Part shown: positions 1-11,400 of the stretch, piece after piece
Layout of the letters: each line of letters opens with the position of its first letter
Numbering within the stretch: position 1 is the first letter of the stretch
Sequence record: DRR378314_212
DNA length: 55,816 nucleotides
Strand: one strand, 5' to 3'
Program-made: the position numbers and the translations under genes
The notes under the pieces: model-generated
Seen by the model: the letters and a program-made list of their open reading frames with translations, nothing else
Database searches by the model: none
Told to the model about the DNA's origin: nothing

Positions 1-735
1 CACGGCATGCAGGTAGTAACCGATATGCAAAAGCTGAACTTGGTTGATACCACGCCTGTCATGGGACTTTTTGCAGAAAAAGGTTTGCCGCACGCGATTG
101 ACGGCGATGTTGATGCGCTGGCCAATATGACACGTACCGCTTTGCGCTTATTGGATAAAAAGCAGCAGCCGTTTGCTTTAATGATTGAAGGCAGCGAAAT
201 TGACTGGTGTGGTCATGCCAATGACATCGCTTGTGCCGTCCACGAAATGGATGGACTAAATCGCGCATTGAAGGTGGTGAGTGAGTACCGCGAGAAGAAT
301 CCCGACACGTTAATAGTGATGACGGCTGATCATTCAACTGGTGGCCTGACTCTAGGGCGTGATGGTGACTACGCCTGGTATTCTGATCGTGTGATGGCGA
401 TTGAAAATTCAATTGCTTTCATGAGTAAAGAGATGCTTGCCATGGATACTGAGAGCTGGGCGGAGTATGTAGCTGATAAAGTTAACTTTGAGCTGACTCA
501 GGAGTATCTTGATGAGCTTGCTATTGCCGCTGAAGCAGAGGGTGAAGAACAACAAGACGCTTTACATCAGGCACTGGTCTATATAACTGGCGATATTACC
601 GGTACCGGCTGGACAACCAGCGGGCATACCGGTGTTGATGTTCCGGTCTTTGCTGTCGGCCCTTATAGCGAAAACTTCGGCGGCTATATGGATAATACGG
701 ACATTGGCAAGCAGCTAATAAAACTCGTCAAATAA
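1..735 (+). CDS. phoA: Alkaline phosphatase (PhoA family), C-terminal part; the frame is open at the left edge so the gene starts upstream
   Basis: Motifs LMIEGSEIDWCGHAND, VMTADHSTGG and HTGVDVPVFAVGP match the PhoA metal-binding segments; lies next to ppk1. Confidence 0.85.
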   Translation, partial: HGMQVVTDMQKLNLVDTTPVMGLFAEKGLPHAIDGDVDALANMTRTALRLLDKKQQPFALMIEGSEIDWCGHANDIACAVHEMDGLNRALKVVSEYREKNPDTLIVMTADHSTGGLTLGRDGDYAWYSDRVMAIENSIAFMSKEMLAMDTESWAEYVADKVNFELTQEYLDELAIAAEAEGEEQQDALHQALVYITGDITGTGWTTSGHTGVDVPVFAVGPYSENFGGYMDNTDIGKQLIKLVK

Positions 736-756
736 CCTCTTCTTGTAAGTTTCCCC

Positions 757-784
757 GACAGTCGCGTTTTATAACGCGACTGTC
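757..784. terminator. Perfect 12-bp hairpin after the phosphatase (possible terminator or mRNA-stabilising stem); overlaps the Pho box
   Basis: gacagtcgcgtt-ttat-aacgcgactgtc; no clean U-tract follows. Confidence 0.5.
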
Positions 785-824
785 ATATTACTGTCATAAA
801 AATACAGCCCGAGTACGCTAGGCT
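780..824 (+). promoter_or_regulatory. Pho box (PhoB site) and probable PhoB-dependent promoter for ppk1-ppx
   Basis: CTGTCAT-atta-CTGTCAT-aaaa (780-801) has the 11-bp periodicity of the consensus; a degenerate third unit (802-808) is followed 10 bp later by TAGGCT (819-824) as a -10 element. Confidence 0.8.
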
Positions 825-858
825 AGTCGCATGATGTATCTGTTGCCATGTCTACGCT

Positions 859-2949
859 ATGAAATTTTTTAATAAAGAACTAAGCTGGCTTTCCTTTAAT
901 GAACGGGTGCTGCAAGAAGCTGCTGACAGCACGGTTCCGGCAATTGAACGAATTCGCTTTCTCGGAATTTTTTCCAGCAATATGGATGAGTTTTTTCAGG
1001 TGCGTGTGGCTGACGTAAAGCGTCGCATTTTCTTTAGTCAGGCGACAGAAGAGCGAGAACAGTATGAGCAGCTAATGGCACAGTTGCAAAAAAAGGTTGT
1101 GTTGCTGCAAAAACGCTTTGATGAAGTACTGGAAGAAGTATTAGCAACCTTAAGAAAAAATGGTATCTCGCTACTAAGTATTGACCAGTTGAACGAGGAA
1201 GAAAAGCAAAGGCTGAAGCGCTTTTTCACAGAAAAAGTACAGCGTTTTATTGTGCCTATATGGGTCAATGGTAAAGGGAACCTTTCTAATATTATCCGTG
1301 AAGATGAAACCTACCTTTGTGTTGAAATTATAAACTCTGATGACAAACAGTATGCGCTGCTGGAAGTGCCTTCTGATCAGATGGATCGCTTTATTAAGTT
1401 GCCTGCTAAGGGGCACAGTAAGAAACATAAGCTCCTCTTTTTAGACGACATTATGCAGTTAAATTTAGAAGTGCTGTTTAAGGGAATTATTCCATTCAAA
1501 CAACTGCGGGCTTTTTCATTTAAAACCACCCGGGACGCGGAATATCGTCCTTCAGATGATATTGAACAAAGCTTGCTTGAACGTATGGAAGAAGGCTTAA
1601 AGCAAAGGGTGAAGGCTGATCCTGTGCGTTTAGTTTATGACCGTGCAATGCCGGAAGAAATGCTCTCTTTTTTGAGTGAAAAGCTGCAGCTAACTCAGTT
1701 CGATTCCTTTGTCGCTGGTGGCCGTTATCGTAACACACGGGATTTCGCTAAGTTCCCGCACTTAGGCAAAAAATCACTGACGCACAAAGTTCTGCCTGCG
1801 TTGTTTCATCCAAAGTTCTCGCACTTTGATAATGTGTTTGATGCTATTCAGAAAAGCGATATAGCGTTGTATTACCCGTACCATCGATTTTCGCATTTTA
1901 CGGAATTTGTCCGGCAGGCTGCTTATGACCCTAAAGTGACCCGAATCTCAATGTGTATTTATCGGGTGGCGCCCAATTCACGGGTAATACGTTCCTTGAT
2001 GGATGCTGTGCAAAACGGTAAGCATGTGACCGTTATGGTTGAGCTTCAGGCTCGGTTCGATGAAGAAGCCAACATTGAATGGGCAAAGGAATTAACCGAC
2101 TCAGGTGTCCGGGTCAGTTTTGGCATTCATGGGCTTAAAGTGCACTCAAAGCTGGTGCTGATTCATCGCAATGAAGGTAACCTTGACCGGCGTTATGCGG
2201 TCATTGGAACCGGGAACTTTCACGAGGGAACGGCACAAATTTATACCGATTTTAGTTTATTTACCTGTCAGCCGGATATTTGTAACGATGTTGAATCGGT
2301 ATTTCACTACCTTGAGCAACCCTATCGGGCACATAAGTTCCGCCATTTAATGGTGGCGCCGGTAAATATGCGCCAAAGAATAAATGATCTTATCGAGTTC
2401 GAGATAGATCAGGCCAAAGCCGGTAAACCCGCAGAACTGTTTTTTAAAGTGAATAACTTAGAAGACGAAAGCCTGATTGTGCAACTTTATAGAGCGTCGC
2501 GTGCCGGTGTTAAAATTAGAGGAATAGTGCGAGGCATGTGTTCTTTGCGCCCTGGAATTGAAAATCTCAGCGAGAACATTGAAATTCGTAGTATTGTTGA
2601 CCGCTATCTGGAGCATGCCCGGGTGTACGTTTTTGAGCACGCCGGCAAGAAAGAAGTCTTTATTGCTTCGGCCGACTTAATGACACGTAACTTAGATCAT
2701 CGTGTGGAAGTTGCCGCACCCATCTATGATGATGAGGTGAAAACTGATATTTTGAAAATTATGAACTTGCAGTGGCAGGATAAAGCCAAGTCACGCTTTA
2801 TTGATGCGGAACAACAGAACAAATACTGTTTTGAGCCGGATCGGCTAGCTCCTCCTAAAGGCCGCTCGCTGGTGCCTTCACAAGTCGCTATTTACCGATA
2901 TCTTAAGCGACGTAAGAGAGATTATGAAAGCCAACAAAAAGACCTCTAA
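859..2949 (+). CDS. ppk1: Polyphosphate kinase 1
   Basis: FNKELSWLSFNERVLQEA, ELQARFDEEANI, LKVHSKL, SIVDRYLEHAR and SADLMTRNLDHRVE; 696 aa. Confidence 0.97.
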   Translation: MKFFNKELSWLSFNERVLQEAADSTVPAIERIRFLGIFSSNMDEFFQVRVADVKRRIFFSQATEEREQYEQLMAQLQKKVVLLQKRFDEVLEEVLATLRKNGISLLSIDQLNEEEKQRLKRFFTEKVQRFIVPIWVNGKGNLSNIIREDETYLCVEIINSDDKQYALLEVPSDQMDRFIKLPAKGHSKKHKLLFLDDIMQLNLEVLFKGIIPFKQLRAFSFKTTRDAEYRPSDDIEQSLLERMEEGLKQRVKADPVRLVYDRAMPEEMLSFLSEKLQLTQFDSFVAGGRYRNTRDFAKFPHLGKKSLTHKVLPALFHPKFSHFDNVFDAIQKSDIALYYPYHRFSHFTEFVRQAAYDPKVTRISMCIYRVAPNSRVIRSLMDAVQNGKHVTVMVELQARFDEEANIEWAKELTDSGVRVSFGIHGLKVHSKLVLIHRNEGNLDRRYAVIGTGNFHEGTAQIYTDFSLFTCQPDICNDVESVFHYLEQPYRAHKFRHLMVAPVNMRQRINDLIEFEIDQAKAGKPAELFFKVNNLEDESLIVQLYRASRAGVKIRGIVRGMCSLRPGIENLSENIEIRSIVDRYLEHARVYVFEHAGKKEVFIASADLMTRNLDHRVEVAAPIYDDEVKTDILKIMNLQWQDKAKSRFIDAEQQNKYCFEPDRLAPPKGRSLVPSQVAIYRYLKRRKRDYESQQKDL

Positions 2950-4435
2950 TAATGACCCGAAGCAGTTTGCTGCTTTGGATATTGGCTCCAATAGCTTTCA
3001 TTTAATTATTGCGCGTTTAGTGGAAGGTCAGCTTCAGCCCATTTTCAAATTCAAGCAACCCGTACAACTGGGAGAAGGCCTCTCTAACCGGCACCTGAGT
3101 GATGCTGCGCTTTACCGTGGTGTTGAAGCACTCCGGCAATGCGCTGTTCGGCTGGAAGGTTTCCATCGCGATACCGTGAAAGTTGTGGCTACACACACCT
3201 TGCGAAAAGCTAAGAATCGTAAGCGATTTCTGGCTGAAGCCGCCAAAGTGTTACCTTTTCCTATCGAAATCATTTCAGGCAGGGAAGAAGCCCGGTTAAT
3301 TTTTCGTGGCGTAGCGGAAACCAGTTCCGAATCTACCGGCTCTCAGCTGGTTATTGATATTGGCGGGGGCAGTACTGAATTCGCTATTGGAAAAAATCGC
3401 CAACCGAAGTTCTTAAGCTCCCGCAGTATTGGAAGCCTGGCTTTTTCAAAAGAGTTTTTTTCATCAGGGAAAATTACCCCCAAACGCTTTGATAAGGCGG
3501 TTGTATCCGCTCGTCAGCATGTTGAGCCAATAGCTAACTATTTGGCGGAGCACCAGGTAGAAAGTGTTTTCGGTACGTCGGGAACCATTAAGGCTATTTA
3601 TCAGTGGATTGTAAAACGCGATGGTGAGCAACCTTTGGGCATAAACTATTCCCAGCTTCAGGGTTGCCGAACAGACCTTATTGCTGCTGAGTCGTTAAAA
3701 AAACTGAATAAAGAATGGGTTTCGCCCGAGCGCAGAGAGTCTATTGCCGGTGGTGTTGCGGTGCTGTTGGGTATTTTCGAAGAACTGGGAATTGAACGTC
3801 TGGTTCCTCACGACTCCGCGTTAAGAGAGGGCGTGTTGTATGAACTGGCAGGTGAAGTCTTGCTGCACCAGGACGTACGTGAGCGCACTATTAACAGTTT
3901 AGCGCAACGCTACTCGGTTGATTCTGCTCAAGCTCAGCGGGTGTTATCTACGGTTCAGCAAATTTGGGGGAGTGTAGCTGAAAACTGGGGACTCACCGGA
4001 CAAGATTTGGAAGTGTTACTAGAGGGGGCAGCTAAGTTACACGAGGTGGGACTTAGTATTAGTGCCAGTGGTGTCCAAAAGCACTCTGGCTATATTTTAG
4101 CTCACGCTTATATGCCAGGGTTTAATGCCGAAGAGCAGCGTTTTCTATCGACCATTGTCCGGTACTTTCGTAAAAAAATACAAACCGCAGAATTTCCTGA
4201 CTTGATTTTGTTTAGCCAGAATCAGCTTATTAAAATGCTGATAATTATGCGTCTGGGCGTTATTTTAAACAGCGATAGACAAAACTCGAGCTCATTGGAT
4301 AAGGCTGTTATTGAAGACGGGGCGTTGAAACTGCAGCTGAAAGGCTCTGCTAAAGAGGATTCAGTGCTTACTATGCAACTTGAGTCCGAGGCCAACGTTA
4401 TGCAGAAATTAGGTTATGAACTGCTAGTTTGTTGA
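2924..4435 (+). CDS. ppx: Exopolyphosphatase (Ppx/GppA family)
   Basis: AALDIGSNSFHL, ISGREEARL, DIGGGSTE, ALREGVLYE; overlaps ppk1 by 26 bp. Confidence 0.9.
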   Translation: MKANKKTSNNDPKQFAALDIGSNSFHLIIARLVEGQLQPIFKFKQPVQLGEGLSNRHLSDAALYRGVEALRQCAVRLEGFHRDTVKVVATHTLRKAKNRKRFLAEAAKVLPFPIEIISGREEARLIFRGVAETSSESTGSQLVIDIGGGSTEFAIGKNRQPKFLSSRSIGSLAFSKEFFSSGKITPKRFDKAVVSARQHVEPIANYLAEHQVESVFGTSGTIKAIYQWIVKRDGEQPLGINYSQLQGCRTDLIAAESLKKLNKEWVSPERRESIAGGVAVLLGIFEELGIERLVPHDSALREGVLYELAGEVLLHQDVRERTINSLAQRYSVDSAQAQRVLSTVQQIWGSVAENWGLTGQDLEVLLEGAAKLHEVGLSISASGVQKHSGYILAHAYMPGFNAEEQRFLSTIVRYFRKKIQTAEFPDLILFSQNQLIKMLIIMRLGVILNSDRQNSSSLDKAVIEDGALKLQLKGSAKEDSVLTMQLESEANVMQKLGYELLVC

Positions 4436-4445
4436 AAACAGCAGA

Positions 4446-4475
4446 CGCACAAAGTAAAACACATTTCTTTGTGCG
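4446..4475. terminator. Hairpin between convergent ppx and the porin gene; possible bidirectional terminator
   Basis: cgcacaaag-N12-ctttgtgcg followed by a T-rich tract. Confidence 0.45.
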
Positions 4476-4494
4476 CCCGTATTTATTTTATTGA

Positions 4495-5688
4495 TTAAAA
4501 CTTATACATAGCCATCAGCTGTAAACGGTTTAAGTCACCGTCGACATTGGCTTCAGTTTCACGGTTCGCTTGTGAAATTTCAGCACCAAAAGTCAGGTTA
4601 GACGCTGGTGAGTACATCAGGTTAAATGCAAGACGTTGTGTGTATTCGGTCATATCTCCGGCTTGTGCCAGCAGTTCGCCGTCGTTATCTGCCCAACCGC
4701 GAGAATAAACTACGTTTGAACGCAATTTTTCAGTCCAGAAGTGACGGTAAGCAAACGAAACACCCGTTGAATCAATGGCTTCAAGTTCACCATTGCTGTC
4801 AATGTAGGCGCCATTCCAGGTGTTAAGACCTAAGTAGCGGCCTAAGCCAGAACCGGTGGTGATTGACGCACGAATGTCGTCCATGCCGAAGGTGTATTTA
4901 GCGCCAAGGCTAACACCATAACCAAAGGTTGTTTCATCATCGCCGGTTTGTGGAACATCGTAAGCCAGCTGGCGTAAAAGCGCTGATGCCTGCCAGGTTA
5001 AGTTGTCTGATTTGCCGGTGTATTTAAACGTGACGTCAGGCACAAAACCATCGCTAGAAACAATGCGTCCGCCTGGAGCTGTTACGCCGCCAGTTCTGGT
5101 TTCTGTAACTGTTGTTTCAGGGTTTTCGATTGAAAAACTAAAGCCACCAGACGTGTAACGGATTTGGGCTTGGCGCACGAAGATAATACCGTCGGTGATA
5201 CCGATGAAATCGACAGATTCAGCCAGAACGTTTAGATCCTGAAAGTTTGACCAGGTTTGACCAAAAGTCCATTTGCCGTATTTAAGGAATGCCTGACGCA
5301 GACGTGGGTTGTATGAGTTGGAAATACGCTCGTCGCCATCAGGAGTTAACTGAAAGTCCATTTCAATATGGCCGGTCAGAGTTTCGCCGTTGTCTAATTG
5401 GGTCTTGCTGGTCAGGAAGAAACGTGACTGGCGAGCATGAAAGTCTGTAGTCAGGTCATCGCCTTCACCACCAACTGGCGTGATACTTGGGATGTACTGT
5501 TGACGTCCAATGTTTGCGCTTGCAGGTGCTTGCCCATCAGCGTAATCAGATACCAACATATCCAGTTTTACGTAACCGCCGAAATCGATATCTGTCTGGT
5601 CAGCCTGAGCGCCTAAGCTCATAACACCTAGTACAGCAGCGCTTGCCGCTGTTAAGGTGAATTTTTTTGCGGTACTTGTTTTAGCCAT
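4495..5688 (-). CDS. DcaP-family trimeric outer-membrane porin
   Basis: Signal peptide, FGGYVKLD, HARQSRF, PRLRQAF, GQTWSNF, RQAQIRY and C-terminal YKF; start moved to ATG 5688, which has a GGGGAG Shine-Dalgarno (SD) site. Confidence 0.8.
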   Translation of the reverse strand: MAKTSTAKKFTLTAASAAVLGVMSLGAQADQTDIDFGGYVKLDMLVSDYADGQAPASANIGRQQYIPSITPVGGEGDDLTTDFHARQSRFFLTSKTQLDNGETLTGHIEMDFQLTPDGDERISNSYNPRLRQAFLKYGKWTFGQTWSNFQDLNVLAESVDFIGITDGIIFVRQAQIRYTSGGFSFSIENPETTVTETRTGGVTAPGGRIVSSDGFVPDVTFKYTGKSDNLTWQASALLRQLAYDVPQTGDDETTFGYGVSLGAKYTFGMDDIRASITTGSGLGRYLGLNTWNGAYIDSNGELEAIDSTGVSFAYRHFWTEKLRSNVVYSRGWADNDGELLAQAGDMTEYTQRLAFNLMYSPASNLTFGAEISQANRETEANVDGDLNRLQLMAMYKF

Positions 5689-5795
5689 GGTGTTCTCCCC
5701 TGTAAGCCAAATAGTCATTTTTTGATTGTGCACTTTTTAGTCATGCCAAGTATAAACGCTGTTAATTCTCGTTAACTGGTCAATTTTTATCAATC

Positions 5796-5809
5796 TAGAC
5801 TATGGTCTA
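5796..5809. promoter_or_regulatory. Inverted repeat TAGAC-N4-GTCTA; candidate CrbR/ErdR binding site for acs and the divergent porin
   Basis: Perfect half-site palindrome 65 bp upstream of acs, next to the cognate crbRS genes; resembles the GAC-N4-GTC motif I recall for CrbR/ErdR. Confidence 0.6.
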
Positions 5810-5873
5810 ATAGTGTTTAAGCCCTTTAAAACGTACAACAGATACCATCTTGCGAATTAAGGAGGAAGAGGTA

Positions 5874-7814
5874 ATGTCGCAACTCTATTCAGTTCCTGAA
5901 CACATTAAAGCAAAAGCCAAAATCGATAATGACGGTTACAAAAAACTTTACCAACAGTCTATAGACGATCCTGAAGGATTTTGGAGTGAACACGGGCAGC
6001 GTATTACCTGGTTCACACCCTACAACAAAGTAAAAAATACCAGTTTCGAATCAGGAAAAGTCAGCGTCAAGTGGTACGAAGACGGCACTTTAAACGCTTG
6101 TTATAACTGTGTCGACCGCCACCTTGCGAATAAAGCAGATAAAACTGCGATTATCTGGGAAGGCGACGACCCTAGTGTAGACAAACACATCACTTATCGC
6201 GAGCTACATAAAGAGGTATCCCGTTTTGCTAATGGCCTGAAAAAACTAGGTATTAGTAAAGGTGACCGGGTGGCTATTTATATGCCCATGGTACCGGAAG
6301 CGGCATACGCCATGTTAGCTTGCGCACGCATTGGTGCGGTTCATTCGGTGATTTTTGGCGGCTTTTCACCTAATGCCATTGCTGACCGTATTAACGACTG
6401 TCAGGCAAAAGCCATTATTACCGCTGACGAAGGTCGTCGTGGTGGCGGTACCATTGGTTTGAAAGCTAATGTTGATAAAGCCATTGCTGACGATGCCTGT
6501 CCAACGCTGGAGCACAGCATTGTGTGCCGTGTAACAGAGGGTGATGTTGACTGGACTGAGGGTCGTGATGTTTGGTGGCACGAGCTGGTTGGCAACGTCA
6601 GCGACGAGTGTCAGGCAGAAGTGATGAATGCCGAAGATCCGCTATTCATTCTTTATACCTCGGGTTCAACCGGAAAACCTAAAGGGGTTGTGCACACCAC
6701 CGGTGGTTATATGGTGTACGCATCCATGACCCACGAGTATGTTTTTGATTATCATGAAGACGAAGTCTATTGGTGTGCAGCGGACGTTGGCTGGATTACA
6801 GGCCATTCTTATATTGTTTACGGACCATTAGCAAACGGCGCAACGACCCTGATGTTTGAAGGTGTGCCTACTTATCCCGGTGTTGGTCGTATTGGCGAAA
6901 TTGTCGATAAACACAAAGTGAATATTCTTTATACGGCGCCAACCGCTATTCGCGCGTTAATGGCGAAAGGCGACGAAGCGGCCAAAACTTCAACCCGCGA
7001 AAGCTTGCGTATTTTGGGCAGCGTGGGCGAGCCGATTAACCCTGAAGCCTGGGAGTGGTATCACCGCGCTATTGGTAACGGTAAGTGCCCAATTATGGAT
7101 ACCTGGTGGCAGACCGAGAACGGCGGCATTTTGATTACGCCGCTGCCGGGTGCCACTGATTTGAAACCAGGTTCTGCGACCCGTCCTTTCTTTGGTATCC
7201 AACCGGCGCTGGTTGATAGCGAAGGCAACATTCAGGAAGGTGAAGCCGAAGGCGGGTTGGTTATTAAAGACTCCTGGCCTGGTCAAATGCGCACATTATG
7301 GGGTGACCATGAGCGCTTTGAGCAAACCTACTTCTCTACCTTTAAAGGCATGTACTTTAGTGGTGACGGCGCGCGCCGCGATGCCGATGGCTATTACTGG
7401 ATAACCGGTCGTATGGATGACGTACTGAACGTATCAGGTCACCGTTTGGGTACCGCTGAAATTGAAAGTGCTCTGGTTTCGCATAAAGCGGTAGCGGAAG
7501 CCGCCGTAGTGGGGTATCCGCACGACTTAAAAGGTCAGGGTATCTACGTTTATGTCACTCCGGTTGAAGGGGTTGAAGTTACTGACGAGTTGACTAAAGA
7601 GGTTCGTAACTGGGTTCGCTCCGAGCTTAGCCCAATTGCAACTCCAGACTTAATTCACTGGACTACAGGCTTACCAAAAACCCGCTCCGGTAAAATTATG
7701 CGTCGTATTCTGCGTAAAATTGCCGCTAATGAGTACGAAAACCTTGGTGACACCTCTACGCTTGCCGATCCAAGTGTGGTAGATTCTTTGATAGAGAATC
7801 GAATGAATAAATAA
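5874..7814 (+). CDS. acs: Acetyl-CoA synthetase
   Basis: [44 protein letters not shown] 5874 follows an AAGGAGG/GAGG SD. Confidence 0.97.
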   Translation: MSQLYSVPEHIKAKAKIDNDGYKKLYQQSIDDPEGFWSEHGQRITWFTPYNKVKNTSFESGKVSVKWYEDGTLNACYNCVDRHLANKADKTAIIWEGDDPSVDKHITYRELHKEVSRFANGLKKLGISKGDRVAIYMPMVPEAAYAMLACARIGAVHSVIFGGFSPNAIADRINDCQAKAIITADEGRRGGGTIGLKANVDKAIADDACPTLEHSIVCRVTEGDVDWTEGRDVWWHELVGNVSDECQAEVMNAEDPLFILYTSGSTGKPKGVVHTTGGYMVYASMTHEYVFDYHEDEVYWCAADVGWITGHSYIVYGPLANGATTLMFEGVPTYPGVGRIGEIVDKHKVNILYTAPTAIRALMAKGDEAAKTSTRESLRILGSVGEPINPEAWEWYHRAIGNGKCPIMDTWWQTENGGILITPLPGATDLKPGSATRPFFGIQPALVDSEGNIQEGEAEGGLVIKDSWPGQMRTLWGDHERFEQTYFSTFKGMYFSGDGARRDADGYYWITGRMDDVLNVSGHRLGTAEIESALVSHKAVAEAAVVGYPHDLKGQGIYVYVTPVEGVEVTDELTKEVRNWVRSELSPIATPDLIHWTTGLPKTRSGKIMRRILRKIAANEYENLGDTSTLADPSVVDSLIENRMNK

Positions 7815-7835
7815 TGTCACTTAATCTGGAATCTC

Positions 7836-8468
7836 ATGGCGAAATTTTTAATCGCAGATGACCACCCATTGTTTCGCGAGGCGCTGCAGGGCGCTCTCGC
7901 GAATCACTTTTCTGAGCTGACCTTACGCGAAGCTGAAGACTTAGACTCAACTCTGACTGCACTGAATAACGACGACGATGTCGATTTATTGCTGCTGGAC
8001 TTACACATGCCCGGCAGTGGTGATTTGTATGGTCTTATTCGTGTCAGAGAAGACTATCCGCTGCTTCCTGTTGCCATCATCTCCGGTAGTGAGGATTCCT
8101 CGATTGTGGCCAAGTGCATTGGCTTTGGGGCTTTGGGCTTTATTCCAAAATCATTACCCTCTGCAGAAATAGCCGAAGCAATAGATACCATCCTGCAGGG
8201 CGACACCTGGGTTCCGAAAGAAAACAGAGAACGTCTCGATGTGATTTCGGACGAAGATCAGCAGCTTGCGCAAAAGGTTTCGGAGCTTACCCCCCAGCAG
8301 TACCGGGTTTTGCACTTTCTTCATGAAGGCTTGCTGAACAAACAAATTGCCTATCAACTGGGCATTACTGAAGCAACAGTCAAAGCGCACATTACGGCAA
8401 TTTTCCGCAAACTGGGTGTGTACAGTCGTACCCAGGCAGTTTTGGTGGCTGAACGTCTGCAATTATGA
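7836..8468 (+). CDS. crbR: NarL/LuxR-family response regulator (CrbR/ErdR-like)
   Basis: REC domain (IADDHPLFREAL, LLDLHMPG) plus LuxR helix-turn-helix (LTPQQ..GLLNKQIAYQLGITEATVKAH); sits between acs and a CrbS-type kinase. Confidence 0.8.
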   Translation: MAKFLIADDHPLFREALQGALANHFSELTLREAEDLDSTLTALNNDDDVDLLLLDLHMPGSGDLYGLIRVREDYPLLPVAIISGSEDSSIVAKCIGFGALGFIPKSLPSAEIAEAIDTILQGDTWVPKENRERLDVISDEDQQLAQKVSELTPQQYRVLHFLHEGLLNKQIAYQLGITEATVKAHITAIFRKLGVYSRTQAVLVAERLQL

Positions 8469-11400
8469 CCTGGTTACTGATATTTGCCTCGCTGGCTTAT
8501 GTGATTTTCCTCTTCGCAGTTGCCACCTGGGGCGACCGTTTAGGCTCGTGGGCGAATAAAATCAGTCACAAACCAGTTGTCTACTCTATGTCGCTGGCCA
8601 TCTACTGCACGTCCTGGACGTATTACGGCGCTGTGGGTAATGCAGCAGTTGACGGTTGGGCGTTCTTTCCTATTTTGCTCGGGCCAATTTTGCTGTTCTT
8701 GTTTGGTATCCGAATTCTGGAAAAGCTGGTTTCGGTTAGTAAACAACAAAATATTACTTCAATAGCCGACTTTATTTCTTCCCGCTTTGGTAAACGCCGC
8801 CGGCTTGCCGTGGCTGTTACCGCCATTGCTGCCGTTGCTATTATTCCTTACATTGCGCTTCAGTTAAAAGCTGTGGGCATTAGCTTTGCGGTTCTGACTG
8901 AAAGCTCTGGAGTGATGGCACAGTTTTCGATAAAAGAACTGGGTGCTGCTGCGCTAATGGCAATTTTTGCTATGTTGTTTGGTACCCGTCACGTCGAAGT
9001 CACTGAATATCGCAGTGGCATGATACTGGCTATTGCTGTTGAGTCGATGATAAAACTGGTCGCATTGCTGGCAGCTGGTGCTTTTGCCTGGTTCCTGATT
9101 CAAGGCGACGCGCAATCGGACTTATTCAGTTCATTCGATGACGTAACGAAGCCTCAGTGGTCATTTGCAGCCTTTGGCGAGTTTGAGTTCATTGTACAAA
9201 CCCTAATGGCGGCCGGGGCAATTTTGTGTTTACCCAGACAGTTTCATGTGGCGGTAGTGGACAATGTTGATGTCCGGCATTTACGCACGGCTCGTTGGGG
9301 CTTTCCTCTGTATCTGGCGCTGACCGCTGCCGCAATTGTCCCCATTGCTATTGCAGGAACTTTCTATTTGTCAGCAACCACCGACGGTTCAACGTTTGCG
9401 CTGCAACTGCCGTTACTCAAAGACCAGCTTTGGTTATCACTGGTTATTTTTATTGGTGGTATATCCGCAGCAACAGCCATGGTGATTATCGCGTCCGTAA
9501 CCTTAAGCACCATGATAACTAACGACGTTATCATGCCCATTTTGCTGCAGCGGGAGTCGCGCTTGCCGCTAAAACATCGGCGCCGTGAATACGACAGGGC
9601 ATTACTATTAATTCGGCGTGTGGCTATTGCCGTTACTATGGTGCTGTCGTTTCTATGTTATTACTTCTGGGCAGCCCGGACTAACCTGGTCAGTATTGGT
9701 TTGTTGGCGTTCTCGTTGGTGTTGCAGTTGCTGCCGGCGTTGCTGGCCGCTCTGTATTGGCGTAAAGGCCACGCGCGGGGTGTTTACGCCGGGTTGGCTG
9801 CAGGTTCAGTCGGCTGGGTTTTAGCGGTACTAATACCACTTTACACCGACTTGCAACTGACCGATGTGGAAATAATAACCCGCGGTACTGTGGTTTCTTT
9901 AGCCTTAAATTGCTTCGGGTTCATTGTATTTTCATTGTTGGCAAAACCACGTCTGGTTGATCGTATTCAGGCAACGGCTTTTGTTAAACCCCGAGCCGCT
10001 TTACCCGATTTGCATTTCAACAAAAACGACAGTGCTACCAATGCCGATATGTTGTTGCTGTTAAGGACCTTTTTAGGTGCGGAACGGGCTCAGCAGTTAA
10101 TGCAGTATTATCAGCGTCCGGAAAACACTGAGCTTCCGCTGGAAGGTGTGGCTGAAAAAACCTTTATCAGTTTTGTGGAAAGAGCGATAGCTGGTGTACT
10201 TGGCTCTGCCACGGCGCGCTCTCTTGTCGATGCTGCACTGCGCGATAAGCAGCTAAATTTAGAAGAAGTTGTTCACTTCTTTGACGATACAACGCAAGCT
10301 CTGCAAACCCAGCAATCCATTCTGTTTAGCTCACTGGAGAACCTGGCTCAGGGTATTAGTGTTGTCGATGCGGAGCTGAGGCTGGTGGCCTGGAATAAAC
10401 GCTATATGGATTTATTCCAGTACCCAGAGGGCATGGTGAAACCCGGACAGCCCATAGCGACCCTTATTCGCTATAACGCAGAGCGCGGTGAATGTGGTCC
10501 TGGTGACGTTGACGGATTGGTTAATAAGCGTTTGCGTTATATGCAGTTGGGGTCGCCACACCGTTTTATTCGTCGCCGCGCCGATGGCCGGGTGATAGAA
10601 ATGGTCGGTAACCCTTTGCCGACCGGCGGCTTCGTTACCAGCTTTACCGACATTACGTCGCACGTTGAAACCCAGCAGGCACTGGAAGATGCCAATATTG
10701 ATCTGGAACAGCGGGTTGACGTTCGGACCCAGGAAATACGCGAGATAAATCAGGAGTTGACTGCTGAAATAGACAGGCGACGACAGGTTGAGGACGAGCT
10801 GAAAAAAGCTAAGGCCGAAGCGGAAGCGGCCAATGCTTCTAAAACGCGTTTTCTGGCGCTGGCCAGTCATGATATTTTACAGCCTCTTAATGCGGCGCGT
10901 TTATACCTTTCGGCTATTCAGGAAAAAGAACTTTCGGAGCGGAACTTGTCGTTAGTTGGTAAGCTGGATACTGCGCTTGGGTCAACTGAGCATTTACTCT
11001 CTACCTTATTGTCGATAGCAAAAATGGATCAGGGGGCTTTAAAACCGCAGTTCCGGCATGTGCAGCTTAGCTCATTACTGGAACCGCTAGTCGAAGAATA
11101 TGCGGTGCTAGCCGAGCAGCGGAAGCTGGATTTTCGTGCATTTTATAAAGACCGGCCGGTGTACACCGACCCAACATATTTGCGCCGAATTGTGCAGAAC
11201 TTTTTATCTAATGCCATAAAATACACCCAAAGAGGCAGCGTGTTGTTGGGTGTGCGCAAGCGCGGAGATGAGCTTCAGATAGCCGTGTGGGATACCGGGC
11301 CAGGTATTGCGGCTCAGCAGCAGAATAAAGTGTTTGATGCATTTTATCGAGTGCAGAACCAAACTGTAGACGGTGTCGGCCTTGGATTAAGTGTCGCGCA

